This document shows, in pieces, positions 29,943-38,857 of a stretch of 64,000 nt of DNA (its first letter is position 1; the number at the start of each line of letters is the position of its first letter). The notes under the pieces are model-generated. The model made no database searches, was not told the origin of the DNA, and saw only the letters and a program-made list of their open reading frames with translations. The position numbers and the translations under genes were made by a program. The DNA is from Candidatus Poseidoniia archaeon. GTDB taxonomy: Archaea; Thermoplasmatota; Poseidoniia; MGIII; CG-Epi1. Where the stretch lies: NCBI GenBank assembly GCA_029936395.1, contig JAPYSW010000001.1:1427-65426 (forward strand), read 5' to 3'.

Positions 29943-30775
29943 GCCATAACTTCCATGGACTGGCCTAAATTTTCAACAATTTTACAAACCCTTTCATGAT
30001 TCTTTCCAATAATGTATAAAGAAGGTTCGAAACCATAACCACCTTCATCTATCAAAGCTTCAGCTTCTGTTGATTCCTTATGAACTGATAACTTTTCTCC
30101 AACTCTTTCTAACTTAGCAGATACAATCTGCAATTTTTCTAATATATCTGAAACAATAGAATCCCATCTAAGATTGATTATTACTAATATTTTTGAATCA
30201 AACTTTCGCAATTCTAATAATAAATTTGACAAATGAAAAGACCCCCCAAATTTTGCTGAAGAAAGTGGGCGAGCCTGACCTCCAATAGGCGTTAAACGAC
30301 CTGGAAAAGCTGCAACATCTGATACTTCAACAGCTTCATTTGTTGCTATCGCAATATTCACTCTTACTTGTGGAGAAAGTAAAGGAATTACTCTTGCCAA
30401 GCGTTTTCGCATATCTGTAATCTTAACCAAGGTCCTTTCACGACTACCCTGAACTGGAAAATTTATATTCAATTCATGATTATCAACTTGAATTGATAAT
30501 TTCCAAGATGAGGCATCACCTTCTTTGAGAATCTCGGCTAATGATTTTGCAGCTACTTGCAAGTCACTTTCAATTGGTTCTTTGTAACGTGTTGGTAATG
30601 TATGTAAATAATTACCAGCCATTACTTGACTAACTCCTAAAGCATTACCAAGACGTGATTGAGTCCAACCATCTTCAGCAAGTATTCTACAAGAACGGCC
30701 TCTTAATTCTTTGAATAAACTACTAGTCAATTCTACTGGCATCATATTAATCAGTTCTAAAATATAATAAGCCAT
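29939..30775 (-). CDS. thiR: ThiR-like transcriptional regulator (N-terminal HTH plus ThiN thiamine-phosphate-synthase-like domain)
   Basis: 278 aa. An HTH (SQSRLGNALGVSQVMAGNYL) is followed by a ThiN-like domain (...AKFGGSFHLSNLL..., ...EPSLYIIG...). Confidence 0.65.
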   Translation of the reverse strand: MAYYILELINMMPVELTSSLFKELRGRSCRILAEDGWTQSRLGNALGVSQVMAGNYLHTLPTRYKEPIESDLQVAAKSLAEILKEGDASSWKLSIQVDNHELNINFPVQGSRERTLVKITDMRKRLARVIPLLSPQVRVNIAIATNEAVEVSDVAAFPGRLTPIGGQARPLSSAKFGGSFHLSNLLLELRKFDSKILVIINLRWDSIVSDILEKLQIVSAKLERVGEKLSVHKESTEAEALIDEGGYGFEPSLYIIGKNHERVCKIVENLGQSMEVMA

Positions 30776-30812
30776 TTATAAAATTTATGTAAGCCTTTTA
30801 GCAAGGGGTCTA

Positions 30813-32153
30813 ATGAACTTTGGTTTAAAGAGGTTAAATTTGGCAAAAAATATACCAGTATCAAAAAAAATATTAGAAGAGATATTTGATGAAACCGGAT
30901 TCGATCAAAATAATTTATCCATCCGTGAAACAAATCGTTTAGCTACAATTATAAGTAAAAAAAGCAATATTGAATTCATTAGAATGGAAATGGGAATTCC
31001 AAACATACCTCCTTCTAATATTGCTAAAGAAGCTGAAAAAGAAGCTATTGACAAAGGAATGCAAGGCTTCTATCCACCCTTTGATGGAATTCCCGAACTA
31101 AAATTTGCAGGAAGTGAATTTGTTAAAGCCTTTTTAGATATAAATGTAGGTCCTGAGAATGTAATTCCAACATGTGGTTCATTACAAGGAGGGTATATTT
31201 CGCAAGCCCTAGCTGGAAATATGTACCCGGGAAAAGACACTATTTTATATTTGGACCCTACCTTTCCAGTAACAAGATATCAAGCTAAATTCTTAGGATT
31301 GAACAGTAAAGGCATTGAACTATACGATAATAGGGGTGACGAATTAATTAAAGCCATTAATGAAAAAGTTGAAAATGGCAATATAGGAGGTATTCTTTGG
31401 TCATCTCCAAATAACCCTAGTTGGTCTTGCCTAACTGAAAGTGAATTAGAAGGTATTGCCGATATTTGTGACAATAATAATATATTAGCAATTGAAGATT
31501 TAGCATATTTAGGAATGGACTTTAGAAAAGATTATTCACAACCTCATCAAAAACCATATATCCCTACAATTGGAAAATTTGGAACAAAGTGGGTAACCTT
31601 AATTTCAGCCTCCAAAGCGTTTTCATTACCAGGGCCAAGATGTGGACTTGCAATTATTTCTCCGAAGTTAGATAAAATGGAATTTCAGGGGCTCGAAGAT
31701 TTTTGTGGTAGAAAACGATTTGGACATGCCTTTTCTTTGGGTGGATTGTATGTCACTACATCAGGAGTTAGCCATACTGCTCAATTTGCTTTAGCTAAAA
31801 TACTGAAAGCATCTACTGATGGGGAATTCAATTTTGTTAAGATTACTAGCGAATATGGAGAAAGAGCCAAGCATGTCAGAAAGCTTTTCTTAAAATATGG
31901 TTTCAAACAAGTTTACAAAAAAGATATGGATGAAACTGTTGGTGATGGCTTCTACCTAACTATGTCTTATCCAAATTTTGATGGAAATAATTTAATGCTA
32001 GAATTGATGAGATATGGAATTTCAACAATTACTCTAAAATCGACCGGTTCAAATAGACATGAGGGGTTGCGAATTTGTATTTCTTTTGTAGATTTGAAGG
32101 ATATGCCACTTCTAGAAGAGAAATTAAAACGATTTATGGAGACTAATACTTGA
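30813..32153 (+). CDS. PLP-dependent aminotransferase, class I/II fold
   Basis: 446 aa with the PLP-lysine region ISASKAFSLPGPRCGLAI. Confidence 0.7.
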   Translation: MNFGLKRLNLAKNIPVSKKILEEIFDETGFDQNNLSIRETNRLATIISKKSNIEFIRMEMGIPNIPPSNIAKEAEKEAIDKGMQGFYPPFDGIPELKFAGSEFVKAFLDINVGPENVIPTCGSLQGGYISQALAGNMYPGKDTILYLDPTFPVTRYQAKFLGLNSKGIELYDNRGDELIKAINEKVENGNIGGILWSSPNNPSWSCLTESELEGIADICDNNNILAIEDLAYLGMDFRKDYSQPHQKPYIPTIGKFGTKWVTLISASKAFSLPGPRCGLAIISPKLDKMEFQGLEDFCGRKRFGHAFSLGGLYVTTSGVSHTAQFALAKILKASTDGEFNFVKITSEYGERAKHVRKLFLKYGFKQVYKKDMDETVGDGFYLTMSYPNFDGNNLMLELMRYGISTITLKSTGSNRHEGLRICISFVDLKDMPLLEEKLKRFMETNT

Positions 32154-33169
32154 AAACAAACAATATTAATTTTGATGACTTGACTTTTACATTTACAGAA
32201 ACGCGTTCAATGTATGTTACAAAGTGTAAACGAGGTGACAATTGGAATACTGGAGAATTGGTTCCTTATGGAAATATCTCAATATCTCCGGCTTCAACTG
32301 TATTAAATTATGGACAGGGGTTATTTGAAGGAATGAAGGCCTACAAGACCGATGGTGGCCGAATTTTGTTATTCAGACCTGAAAAAAATGCCGAGAGAGC
32401 TGCAAAGGGGTGTCTTCGATTGTCCATGCCTGAAATACCAAAAAATGTTTTTATGGATGCTGTGAAAAAAATAGTCAAAGACAATTCAGATTATATCCCA
32501 CCTACGGAAAAAGGAGCATTGTACATAAGACCTATTATTTTTGGATCGGCTGAGGGACTTGGAGTAGCCCCTTCAACTGAATATACCTTTATTATCTATT
32601 GTTCGCCAGTTGGACCTTATTTTAAAGGAGGTTTATCACCTATAAAACTAATAGTTTCAACCGATTATCACAGAGCACCTCTCAAGGGAACTGGAGGTGT
32701 GAAAGCCATAGGGAATTATGTCCCTGGAATGTTACCAAGTGGCAACGCCAAAAAGATGGGATTTGCTGAAATAATATACTTGGATGCAGCTGAAGAAAAA
32801 TACGTGGAAGAAGTAGGGGCTGCTAACTTTTTTGCAATTAAGGATGGGAATATTATAACTCCTGAATTAACGGGCTCTATTCTTCCCGGTATAACTAGAG
32901 ATTCAGTAATACGCATAGCTAAAGAAAAATTAGGAATGAATATAGAAGAAAGACGAATAAGTATTGATGAAGTTATGGAGGCCGATGAAGTATTTTGTGC
33001 AGGTACTGCTGCAATAATCTCTCCAATAGGGTCAATAAAGTATAATAATAAAGAACACATATTCTCAAATGGAGATGTTGGAAATATTACAAGAAAACTA
33101 TACGATATTTTAACAGGTATCCAATTTGGTACAGATAGTGATCCTTTCGATTGGATACTAGAGCTATAA
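32150..33169 (+). CDS. ilvE: branched-chain amino acid aminotransferase (fold type IV)
   Basis: 339 aa. YGQGLFEGMKAY, ...GGVKAIGNY... and ...EVFCAGTAA... are BCAT signatures. Confidence 0.85.
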   Translation: MKTNNINFDDLTFTFTETRSMYVTKCKRGDNWNTGELVPYGNISISPASTVLNYGQGLFEGMKAYKTDGGRILLFRPEKNAERAAKGCLRLSMPEIPKNVFMDAVKKIVKDNSDYIPPTEKGALYIRPIIFGSAEGLGVAPSTEYTFIIYCSPVGPYFKGGLSPIKLIVSTDYHRAPLKGTGGVKAIGNYVPGMLPSGNAKKMGFAEIIYLDAAEEKYVEEVGAANFFAIKDGNIITPELTGSILPGITRDSVIRIAKEKLGMNIEERRISIDEVMEADEVFCAGTAAIISPIGSIKYNNKEHIFSNGDVGNITRKLYDILTGIQFGTDSDPFDWILEL

Positions 33170-33195
33170 CGTAATTTATACCCCCTGACAATAGT

Positions 33196-34509
33196 TTGGA
33201 TAGCATGAAAGCCCTCATAAATGAATTATCCAATAAAATTAAGACAAGAAATGCGCAAATTGGCATTATTGGAATGGGGTATGTTGGTATTCCCTTAGGA
33301 TTAGAATTCGTAAAATCTGGATTCTCAGTAACTGGATTTGATAAAGATAAAAAACGCGTAGATGACCTTAATGACGGAAAACAAATAATGAAACATATTT
33401 CTTCGGATTTAATGACTGAATTTATTAGTGAAGACAAAGGAAAAGCTACAGCTGATTTTACCAAAATAAAAAATATGGATTGCCTAATTATTTGCGTTCC
33501 AACTCCTCTTGATGAACATGAACAGCCAGACATGACTTATATTGAAAGTGCAACTAATGAAATATCAAGAAATTTATCTAAAGGTCAACTAATCATCCTT
33601 GAATCCACTACATATCCTGGAACCACAAGAGAAATAATAAAACCACTACTTGAAAAAACAGGATTGAAGACTGGAGATGATTTTTTCCTAGCTTACTCTC
33701 CTGAAAGGGAAGATCCGGGAAATAAAAAATTTAGTGTATCTAAAATACCTAAAGTAATAGGCGGATATACTGATAACTGCTTACAATTAACAAGTGAACT
33801 TTATGAAACAATTGTATCTGAAACTGTAAAAGTTAGTTCGATGGAGGCTGCTGAATCTACAAAACTTATGGAAAATATTTTCAGAGCTGTAAATATTGCA
33901 ATGGTTAATGAATTAAAACTAATTTTAGATAGGATGGGAGTAAATATTTGGGAAGTTATTGATGCAGCAAAAACAAAGCCTTTTGGATTTATGCCATTTT
34001 ATCCCGGACCAGGTATGGGAGGACATTGCATACCTATTGATCCATTTTATCTTTCATGGAAAGCGAAGGAATTTAATACTGAAGCTCGATTTATCGAATT
34101 AGCAGGTGAGATTAACCGGAAAATGACGGAACATATAGCTCACAGAGTTGGAAAAGCTTTGAATGATGATAAGAAAAGTATCAATGGAAGTAAAATACTT
34201 GTAGTGGGTCTGGCATATAAAAAAGATATTGACGACATAAGAGAATCACCTGCAATTAAGATTATAGATTTATTGACTTATAAAGGAGCAAATATGGACT
34301 ATCATGATCAATTTGTAAAAACATTTAGAGATTTGAAAAGTATTGATTTAACTGCTGATAATATTAAGGAATATGATGCAGTCCTAATTACTACAGATCA
34401 TACTAAAACGAACTATGACTTAATCGGGAAATATGCCTCATTAATAGTAGACACACGTAATGTTATGTCCCATGTGGAAGAACCAAAAGCTAGAATCGTA
34501 ATGGCTTAG
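33196..34509 (+). CDS. UDP-sugar/nucleotide-sugar 6-dehydrogenase (UDP-glucose/GDP-mannose dehydrogenase family)
   Basis: 437 aa with the Rossmann IGIIGMGYVGIP and the catalytic Cys region GFMPFYPGPGMGGHCIPIDP. Confidence 0.85.
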   Translation: MDSMKALINELSNKIKTRNAQIGIIGMGYVGIPLGLEFVKSGFSVTGFDKDKKRVDDLNDGKQIMKHISSDLMTEFISEDKGKATADFTKIKNMDCLIICVPTPLDEHEQPDMTYIESATNEISRNLSKGQLIILESTTYPGTTREIIKPLLEKTGLKTGDDFFLAYSPEREDPGNKKFSVSKIPKVIGGYTDNCLQLTSELYETIVSETVKVSSMEAAESTKLMENIFRAVNIAMVNELKLILDRMGVNIWEVIDAAKTKPFGFMPFYPGPGMGGHCIPIDPFYLSWKAKEFNTEARFIELAGEINRKMTEHIAHRVGKALNDDKKSINGSKILVVGLAYKKDIDDIRESPAIKIIDLLTYKGANMDYHDQFVKTFRDLKSIDLTADNIKEYDAVLITTDHTKTNYDLIGKYASLIVDTRNVMSHVEEPKARIVMA

Positions 34510-34511
34510 GA

Positions 34512-35432
34512 ATGGATAAATATCAAAATATACGTAATAATATTATAGATAGATATAGTTGTTTAGTTGATGATGAAAAGAAATTTGCAGATTCAATTAA
34601 TATACCCCTGAAACAATCTTTTAGAGTTAATACATTAAAAGAAAAGAAAAAAACGGTGATAAACAAATTAAAGGAATATGATTCTAACATAAAGACTACC
34701 AAATGGAATGATAATGCCCATATTTCAGAACTAAATAATTTGGGTAGTAGTTTAGAACATTTTGTTGGTCAAATATATATCCAAGAGCTTACTTCGATGA
34801 TTCCACCATTAATAGTTAAAGATTTAATTAAGGATATTAAAATCATAGATTGTTGTGCAGCCCCTGGTTCGAAGACAACACAAATAGCAGCTATGATGGA
34901 AAATAAAGGCCATATTATTGCAAATGATGCTAGACATGCCCGATTAAAGTCATTGAGGGGGAATCTTGACAGACTTGGAGTTACAAACACTTCTGTAACA
35001 CTAAGAGATTTTAAATCATTTCCAAACACAAGTGCAGACTTATATTTTGTTGATGCACCATGTAGCTCAGAAGGCACGATTCGTAAAAAAAATGCAGTGG
35101 CCCGAACTTGGAAAGAAAGGGATTATCTTAGATTTAACAAACTTCAAAATGGATTATTAAGCAAAGCCTGTGAAATGGCACCCTCAGGAAGCACAATTGT
35201 CTACTCGACTTGTACGTTTTCTCCTGATGAAAATGAAAAGGTAGTTAGCGAAACCTTAGACAAGTATGATCTAAAAATGAAAACTATCAGTATCGAAAAC
35301 CTAAGAAGTGAATCTGGAATAACTGAATGGAATAATGAGAGCTATAATTCAGAAGTGAAAAAATGCATGAGAGTATGGCCGCATCATAATGACACTGATG
35401 CCTTCTTTATAGCTAGGATGGAAAAATATTGA
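34512..35432 (+). CDS. NOL1/NOP2/Sun-family RNA (cytosine-C5) methyltransferase
   Basis: 306 aa with a SAM site (DCCAAPGSKTT) and the two catalytic cysteine motifs (DAPCSSEG, STCTFSPDENE). Confidence 0.85.
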   Translation: MDKYQNIRNNIIDRYSCLVDDEKKFADSINIPLKQSFRVNTLKEKKKTVINKLKEYDSNIKTTKWNDNAHISELNNLGSSLEHFVGQIYIQELTSMIPPLIVKDLIKDIKIIDCCAAPGSKTTQIAAMMENKGHIIANDARHARLKSLRGNLDRLGVTNTSVTLRDFKSFPNTSADLYFVDAPCSSEGTIRKKNAVARTWKERDYLRFNKLQNGLLSKACEMAPSGSTIVYSTCTFSPDENEKVVSETLDKYDLKMKTISIENLRSESGITEWNNESYNSEVKKCMRVWPHHNDTDAFFIARMEKY

Positions 35433-35878
35433 AGCAATTAGAAGAAGTGAAAAAAAACTTGCTTTTAGAGTACTGTCTCGAACGCTTTGGAATAAATCCT
35501 GAAATTTGGGAGGGATATATTTGGTATTCCGGATCAAAAAATAAAATATATCTAGCAAATACTCTAGAATTGGAAAGAATTATTCCAGAAAGTAAGGGCA
35601 TTTGTATTTTCAGACTTGATAAAAGCCCTAAGCCAACAACCAATTTCCTCCAACTTTTTGGAAGATATATTACTAGAAATTACGTAGAACTTGATAATGA
35701 AAATACAAAGAAGTATTGTAGAGGTGAAGATTTAATCTTAGAAAATAATAAATCTATAATCCCTGGTTTTTTACTAATGACTAACAAGAATCGATTCTTA
35801 GGCTGTGGACATTGGAATGGTAAAATACTAAAGAATCAACTTCCGAAATCCAAATTTTGTAAGATAAACTTTCTTTGA
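35429..35878 (+). CDS. Small ORF with TTG start overlapping the Sun-MTase stop (TTGA); possibly a detached RsmF-like C-terminal domain
   Basis: 149 aa with no in-frame ATG for most of its length. Its position and size fit the C-terminal extension of RsmF/Sun enzymes. Confidence 0.35.
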   Translation: MKQLEEVKKNLLLEYCLERFGINPEIWEGYIWYSGSKNKIYLANTLELERIIPESKGICIFRLDKSPKPTTNFLQLFGRYITRNYVELDNENTKKYCRGEDLILENNKSIIPGFLLMTNKNRFLGCGHWNGKILKNQLPKSKFCKINFL

Positions 35879-35921
35879 TGCTGCCCATACCGCTTAATTA
35901 TTGGCTTTTACATGGTTAAAC

Positions 35922-38084
35922 ATGGGTCAAATGACCTTCGATTTCGAAGATGAAGATAATTCTCCTGAAGAGCCTCCAACTGAGGTTAATAAAGTAGTGA
36001 AAAAAAAAACCACAGAAAAAAATATAACTGAATTAGAAAAAAAAAAAGAATCGGAGAAAGAAAAAATAATCGAAGAGCCTCCGATTGAAGTGAAGAAGAT
36101 AGAAAGAAAGGAACGTAAAAAGAAACCTAAAACTAAGGCGCATCAACTCGCAAAAGAACAACGAGATATTCCCGTTTCAGAATTCTTTGAACAGAACAGA
36201 CATATTCTAGGATTTGATAATCCTACTCATTCGTTGATTACGGCTGTTAAAGAAGGAGTGGACAATAGTTTAGATGCATGTGAACAGGCTGGATTTCTAC
36301 CTGAATTAAAAATAGAAATTGGTAATTTAGGAAAAAATGAATTAAGTATTGCAATTGAGGATAATGGCCCTGGAATTATTGAAGAGAATGTACCAAACGT
36401 TTTTGGACGACTTCTGTATGGTTCTCGTTTCGGAAGTGGGAAGCAATCTCGTGGACAACAAGGTATCGGAATCTCAGCCGCTATAATGTATGGTCAATTA
36501 ACAACAGGCCGATCTGCAATTATTAGTACTAGAATATCAAAAGAGCATTTGGCAAATCGAATAACTATGAAGCTAGATACCAGAAAGAACAGAGGTAATA
36601 TTGAGCGAACTGAAGATTTTGTCTGGAAAAATGATACTGAAGAGCCTAATGAGGATGGCCTTTATCCTGAAAAGTACCACGGAACTAGAGTGGAATTTGC
36701 AATCAAAGGAAGATATCGTGAGGCTAGACCCTCCGTTTTAGAGTATCTCAAGTCTACTGCTATTGTAAATCCTCATGCTAAAATAATTTTCAAAAATCCT
36801 GAAGATAAAGTTTTCTTGTTTGATAGAGTAAGTCATGAACTTCCTAAATTACCAACTGAAGGTGTCAAACCTCATCCACATGGAGTTGAATTAGGCCAAT
36901 TAATGCGTATGGCTCATCATAGTTCTGAGCATCAAATGGGAAATTTCCTCCGTAAAGATTTCTCATCAATGGGAACTAAAAGTATAAGTGATGTTTTGAA
37001 AAAAACAAGATTAGCACCCTTAGTTAGGCCACAAGATACGACTCGAGTTGAAGTTAAAAAATTAATAGAAGCATTCAAAGTAACATCGATAAGAACACCA
37101 ACAAGTGGAGTCTTGGTACCCATAGGGCCTAAATTAATAAAGTTAGGATTAAAACAAGTTTTAGAAGAATATAGGCCTGACTTTTACACACTACCTATTA
37201 GCAGAACGCCCTCTGTTTTTTCAGGTACTCCTTTCTTAGTTGAAGTCGGAATGGTTTATGGAGGGAACTTACCAAAAGATCAACCCGTACAAATTCTAAG
37301 ATTTGCAAATAGAGTTCCTTTGCTTTACCAGGCTGGAGGTTGTGCTATTACTAAAGCTATTCAAAATATCAATTGGAGGCTTTATGGACTTGATCAAAAA
37401 GGTGGAAAAGGTACGCCAAGTGGTCCTGCAATTATTCTAGTCCATGTAGCTTCAACAAATATACCCTTCACATCTGAGGCAAAAGAAGCAATTGCAGATA
37501 TAGAAGAGATTAAAAAAGAGATAAAACTAGCCTTGCGAAACAATGCTAAAACTCTTTCAAAACACCTTAAAAAACAAAAAAAACGAGCCAAAGTTAGTGA
37601 AAAATTTGATTTAGTTCAAAAAGTTTTACCAGCTATTGCTGAAAAAGCATCAAGTGTTGTAGGTAAACCAGTGCCGAATCTGGACAAAATAGTAGCAGCA
37701 ATAATGGATGTTGTTTGGATTGAAGAAAAAATAGAATTTGAAACTGATCAAATTAAAATAGAAATTAAGATTATTAATTATCGTTTAAGGTCAGCTAATT
37801 TCAAATTAAGAGTGGAAGTACCAGGCCATGAAATTACAGAAGAATTACCTAGACCTGGGAAAAAGGAAGGAAGTCATGTTATTTGGTCTGTAGGTTTACC
37901 AACCACCGAATCTGCAAAATATAAATTTGTGGTACCTCAAGGGAATCGAAGTAGTTTTGAAGGATTAGAGATATGGGTAGAAGGAATTGATTCCACAAAT
38001 ATAATCGGAGCTGAAAAATGGACTGGAGTGATTGATCCCGGAATAAATGAAGCCTTAGAAGCTGAAAAACAAGGACTTGGGTAA
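35922..38084 (+). CDS. top6B: DNA topoisomerase VI subunit B
   Basis: The Bergerat ATPase fold is present (GVDNSLDA, IEDNGPGI, GSRFGSGKQSRGQQGIGISAA), then H2TH, a transducer and a C-terminal Ig-like domain. The track ORF starts at TTG 35901; the ATG at 35922 is more likely. It has an N-terminal Lys/Glu-rich extension of about 90 aa. Confidence 0.85.
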   Translation: MGQMTFDFEDEDNSPEEPPTEVNKVVKKKTTEKNITELEKKKESEKEKIIEEPPIEVKKIERKERKKKPKTKAHQLAKEQRDIPVSEFFEQNRHILGFDNPTHSLITAVKEGVDNSLDACEQAGFLPELKIEIGNLGKNELSIAIEDNGPGIIEENVPNVFGRLLYGSRFGSGKQSRGQQGIGISAAIMYGQLTTGRSAIISTRISKEHLANRITMKLDTRKNRGNIERTEDFVWKNDTEEPNEDGLYPEKYHGTRVEFAIKGRYREARPSVLEYLKSTAIVNPHAKIIFKNPEDKVFLFDRVSHELPKLPTEGVKPHPHGVELGQLMRMAHHSSEHQMGNFLRKDFSSMGTKSISDVLKKTRLAPLVRPQDTTRVEVKKLIEAFKVTSIRTPTSGVLVPIGPKLIKLGLKQVLEEYRPDFYTLPISRTPSVFSGTPFLVEVGMVYGGNLPKDQPVQILRFANRVPLLYQAGGCAITKAIQNINWRLYGLDQKGGKGTPSGPAIILVHVASTNIPFTSEAKEAIADIEEIKKEIKLALRNNAKTLSKHLKKQKKRAKVSEKFDLVQKVLPAIAEKASSVVGKPVPNLDKIVAAIMDVVWIEEKIEFETDQIKIEIKIINYRLRSANFKLRVEVPGHEITEELPRPGKKEGSHVIWSVGLPTTESAKYKFVVPQGNRSSFEGLEIWVEGIDSTNIIGAEKWTGVIDPGINEALEAEKQGLG

Positions 38085-38086
38085 TT

Positions 38087-38671
38087 ATGAACTTGCCGAA
38101 CGGCATAAGAAAAAAAAGATCATTCTTAGAAATTAAAGAAAATAAGAATTGGATTACTTGGAACCCATATCATTCAAAATTATCTGCATATATATTGGCA
38201 AAGGGAGCATATTGGCCATTTACCAAAAAAAGCATTGTCTTATATTTAGGAGCTGCAGAAGGAACCACTATACGTTTTCTTAGCAATATTTGTTCTGATG
38301 GTCGAATTATTGGAGTAGATATCTCCCCTACTTCAATGGCTGAATTACTTCTTTTGGCTGAAGAAAAAAAAAATATTATCCCATTCTTAGGTGATGCGCA
38401 GCTTCCAAAATACTATCAGCCCCATGTTAATTCTCCAGAGATAATATACCAAGACATTGCTCAAGGTAATCAATTAGATATTTTTATAAGAAACTATACT
38501 TATTTTAAACCTAAATGTGGTTTTCTAATGCTTAAATCAAAATCCATTAAAGGAAATGATAACGAAATTATTGCTCAGTACAAAGAGAAATTAAAATCTA
38601 ATTTCAAAATTGTGGAATGTATTAATATTTCAAAATGGGCTAAGGGCCATAGAGCCTATTATGTCCAATAA
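38087..38671 (+). CDS. flpA: fibrillarin-like rRNA/tRNA 2-prime-O-methyltransferase
   Basis: 194 aa. VLYLGAAEGTTIRFLSNICSDGRIIGVDISPTSMAELLLLAEEKKNIIPFLGDAQ aligns with the fibrillarin SAM-binding core. Confidence 0.75.
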   Translation: MNLPNGIRKKRSFLEIKENKNWITWNPYHSKLSAYILAKGAYWPFTKKSIVLYLGAAEGTTIRFLSNICSDGRIIGVDISPTSMAELLLLAEEKKNIIPFLGDAQLPKYYQPHVNSPEIIYQDIAQGNQLDIFIRNYTYFKPKCGFLMLKSKSIKGNDNEIIAQYKEKLKSNFKIVECINISKWAKGHRAYYVQ

Positions 38672-38746
38672 TGGAGCCATCGGTGGGAATCGAACCCACG
38701 ACCTGCGCCTTACCAAGGCACCGCTATACCCCTTAGCCACGATGGC
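38672..38746 (-). tRNA. tRNA-Thr (anticodon GGU)
   Basis: Hand-folded cloverleaf with a perfect 7-bp acceptor (GCCATCG/CGATGGC), D-stem GCTA/TAGC, anticodon stem GTGCC/GGCGC with loop TTGGTAA, T-arm GTGGG-TTCGATT-CCCAC and an encoded CCA. Its 3-prime end abuts the flpA stop codon. Confidence 0.8.
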
Positions 38747-38782
38747 TCAAAAATGCGACTGAGGGGGGCTAAAAAGAGTTTA

Positions 38783-38803
38783 GCACAATTTGTGCCTATA
38801 ATA
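38783..38803. promoter_or_regulatory. Perfect inverted repeat GCACAA-T-TTGTGC immediately upstream of a TATA-like box (CCTATAATA)
   Basis: Seen directly in the sequence between the divergent tRNA-Thr and lhr genes, about 55-75 nt upstream of the lhr ATG. Confidence 0.35.
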
Positions 38804-38857
38804 CCCATAGCCTATTACACCCTATGCTATTCTGTGACAAACGGTTAATCAAAAATC

